A DNA stretch of 64,000 nucleotides from Octopus sinensis (taxonomy: Eukaryota). Under the pieces are notes generated by a model. That model was not told the origin of the DNA, made no database searches, and saw only the letters and a program-made list of their open reading frames with translations. The stretch is taken from assembly GCF_006345805.1 (NCBI RefSeq), contig NW_021833061.1, forward strand, positions 62,001-126,000, written 5' to 3'. Each line of letters begins with the position of its first letter. Within the stretch, counting starts at the first letter, position 1. Shown here piece after piece: positions 62,201 through 64,000 of this stretch. The translations under genes were made by a program, and so were the position numbers.

Positions 62201-62809
62201 TCAGTCGTGTCAACAATGTCGACCCAAAATGTCGAAATCAGAGTTGACACTTCAATTATGACTGAAACAAAGGTTCAATTCAATAAACCTGATATCTTCG
62301 TTTATGACAAGAGGAAAAGAGAAATTCATTTAATCGAAGTGGGAGTTACCTCGCAAGACCGTTTAAAGCAAGTTGAAGTGGAGAAATTTCACAAATATGA
62401 CCTGCTTGCAAACGAACTGTCGGTTCTCTATGAAGCAAAAGTGAAGATTATTCCAATTGTCTTGACATGGGATGGAGTTGTCTCAAAGTTCTTTAAAAGT
62501 CATATGGACAAGTTATCCATTGAAGAAGGAACGAGGACATACATCCAGTCGGTTGTGCTGAAGAGGACTCTAGAGAGTATGCTTATTGAACACAGACATG
62601 GGATGAAGGTAGACAACGAGGAGTACGCCTCTGCCGCCAATCAACTTGAGGACACTCAGTTGAACAATTACTTTGACGCAGAAATGGAAAATGATGAGAA
62701 TTTTGTTGCAAACTCTTCTTTCAAGCGAAGAAGAGAAATCACTGACGATCTGGATTCTTAAATAATTTAAGATAGAATTTACATAATTATTTTTATTAAC
62801 ATTTTTTCA
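59246..62809 (+). mobile_element. Full-length R4/Dong-like RLE non-LTR retrotransposon, copy 2, with two frameshifts (~60590, ~61650)
   Basis: ORFs 59267-60634, 60640-61659 and 61682-62761 join into one RT-RLE protein homologous to copy 1; candidate 11-bp TSD gtttacttttc. Confidence 0.9.
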
Positions 62810-63271
62810 GTTTACTTTTCTACATTTTTAATTTAATTCGATTTGTAAGAATAAATCTTTATGAACGTCATTTCTGATTACGCATTTGAAATTTTTCATT
62901 TCATCATTTTTTGATTTTATTCCTTCACAAAAGTCAATCTCTTATTATTTTGACATTTTTATAATGATTTTTTTTATATCTTTTTGAACTTTTTTACTCC
63001 ATCTTTATTCTGATTTATCTATTAACAAGAAATCTATTAAAAATAACGAGGAATACAAAAAGAATCAAATAAAACTAAAATCAATCAATAGCAGACATCC
63101 AGAAAAATTAAGTCTTTGATTTGTCTTTTTTTGGCGTCTCTACTTTCTGGCTATATCGTGATCAACGAAAATGACTAAAAATGCTTGTTGTCGAGGAAGC
63201 ACACAACCTTGATTGATTTGTCTCTCGTATTTTTTTAGTGTACTCCAGATGTAAATAACACTGGGTGTATT

Positions 63272-64000
63272 TTATATCGATGATATATTAATTCGTGTAT
63301 TAGCTTCACATCTCCTTATCAATACTCCGAGGTAACTGCCAATAATTATACAAAAATACTGTGCGAATATCCACTGAAATGCCAAGTTTTGTCCAGATCC
63401 CATTGTCGTGGAGCAATTTGTATAGTCTACCACGGTAAAGGAATCAATTTTAATTGTATAGATTCTACCGTTGAAAACACATACAAGAACCACGGCCTAA
63501 AAATATCAAAAAAATAAAATATACCGACAATAGAATTGGACATTTTTCGTTCGGGGAGGTTTCTGAGAACGATGTCAGTGAGGGCACGGGATGATGCCAG
63601 GGACGAGAGGAAGGCAGGAAGACCCAGATAAACGGGCGAACGAAGGCCAATCCCCCCGAGATTAACAGGCAGGGAAGATTGAAGCCACCCCAGAGCGTCG
63701 AAATGGATGTTGCACAGATACTCGGCTCCAGACTTCAAGATAGAATCGATATCGGATAACAGATTAGGCATGCGAAAACAAGAACTCCTTAGGTTGTACA
63801 AAAGCCTCGGAGTTGAGAAATAGTTACGCAGAAGAAAGAACCCGACTTAATCAGAAAAATACAAATAATTAAGACGACATGCTTCGAACAATTTCTCATA
63901 AACGTGCATGTTCCCCGTGAACCCAATAATTGAGTTGTTCGTAATTTGAAATATTTTCTTTGTCTTGTCATTATCTAATTTGTTAGTTCAACAATTTATT
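63272..64000 (-). pseudogene. Possible divergent proteasome beta-subunit-like gene, interrupted by a CRE fragment and truncated by the window end
   Basis: KKIFQITNNSIIGFTG and GRIYTI...TTMGSG resemble 20S subunit motifs; GT-AG micro-introns flank the pieces. Confidence 0.4.
63545..63845 (-). mobile_element. CRE internal fragment
   Basis: LRNYFSTPRLLYNLRSS..GWLQSSLPVNLGGIGLRS..LGLPAFLSS aligns to ORF 3574-6588. Confidence 0.85.

Overview
This is eukaryotic (animal) genomic DNA with unusually small spliceosomal introns, mostly 20-29 nt. Metazoan genes (ERM, nuclear receptor) with ~25-nt introns point to a dicyemid mesozoan; this is inferred, not verified by search. Compact gene islands alternate with dense transposon nests. 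The genes are Rho, EMG1, ERM, AP3D1, a divergent nuclear receptor, GAK/auxilin, RagC/D-like, DDHD phospholipase, TAPT1, PWP2 and a broken proteasome-beta-like gene. The mobile elements are an intact PHD-finger CRE-clade retrotransposon plus five CRE fragments, two full-length R4-like RLE retrotransposons, several APE-type LINEs (one abutting an 18S rRNA fragment), a tRNA-derived SINE pair, and hAT/Buster, Tc1, IS630-like, pogo and two Ginger2-like elements, including a five-level nest at 20.1-33.6 kb. The most notable observations are: a RagC/D-like GTPase with a natural Q-to-L change at the RagC Q120L position; a Rho lacking the Rho insert helix; CACGTG E-boxes just upstream of both ribosome-biogenesis genes; many in-frame stop-free micro-introns; a pogo transposase with a host-type 29-nt intron; and a Ginger element carrying a telomere-like higher-order repeat. 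Several essential genes show 1-nt frameshifts, so uncorrected assembly indels are likely and pseudogene calls are tentative. Exon boundaries were worked out by eye.
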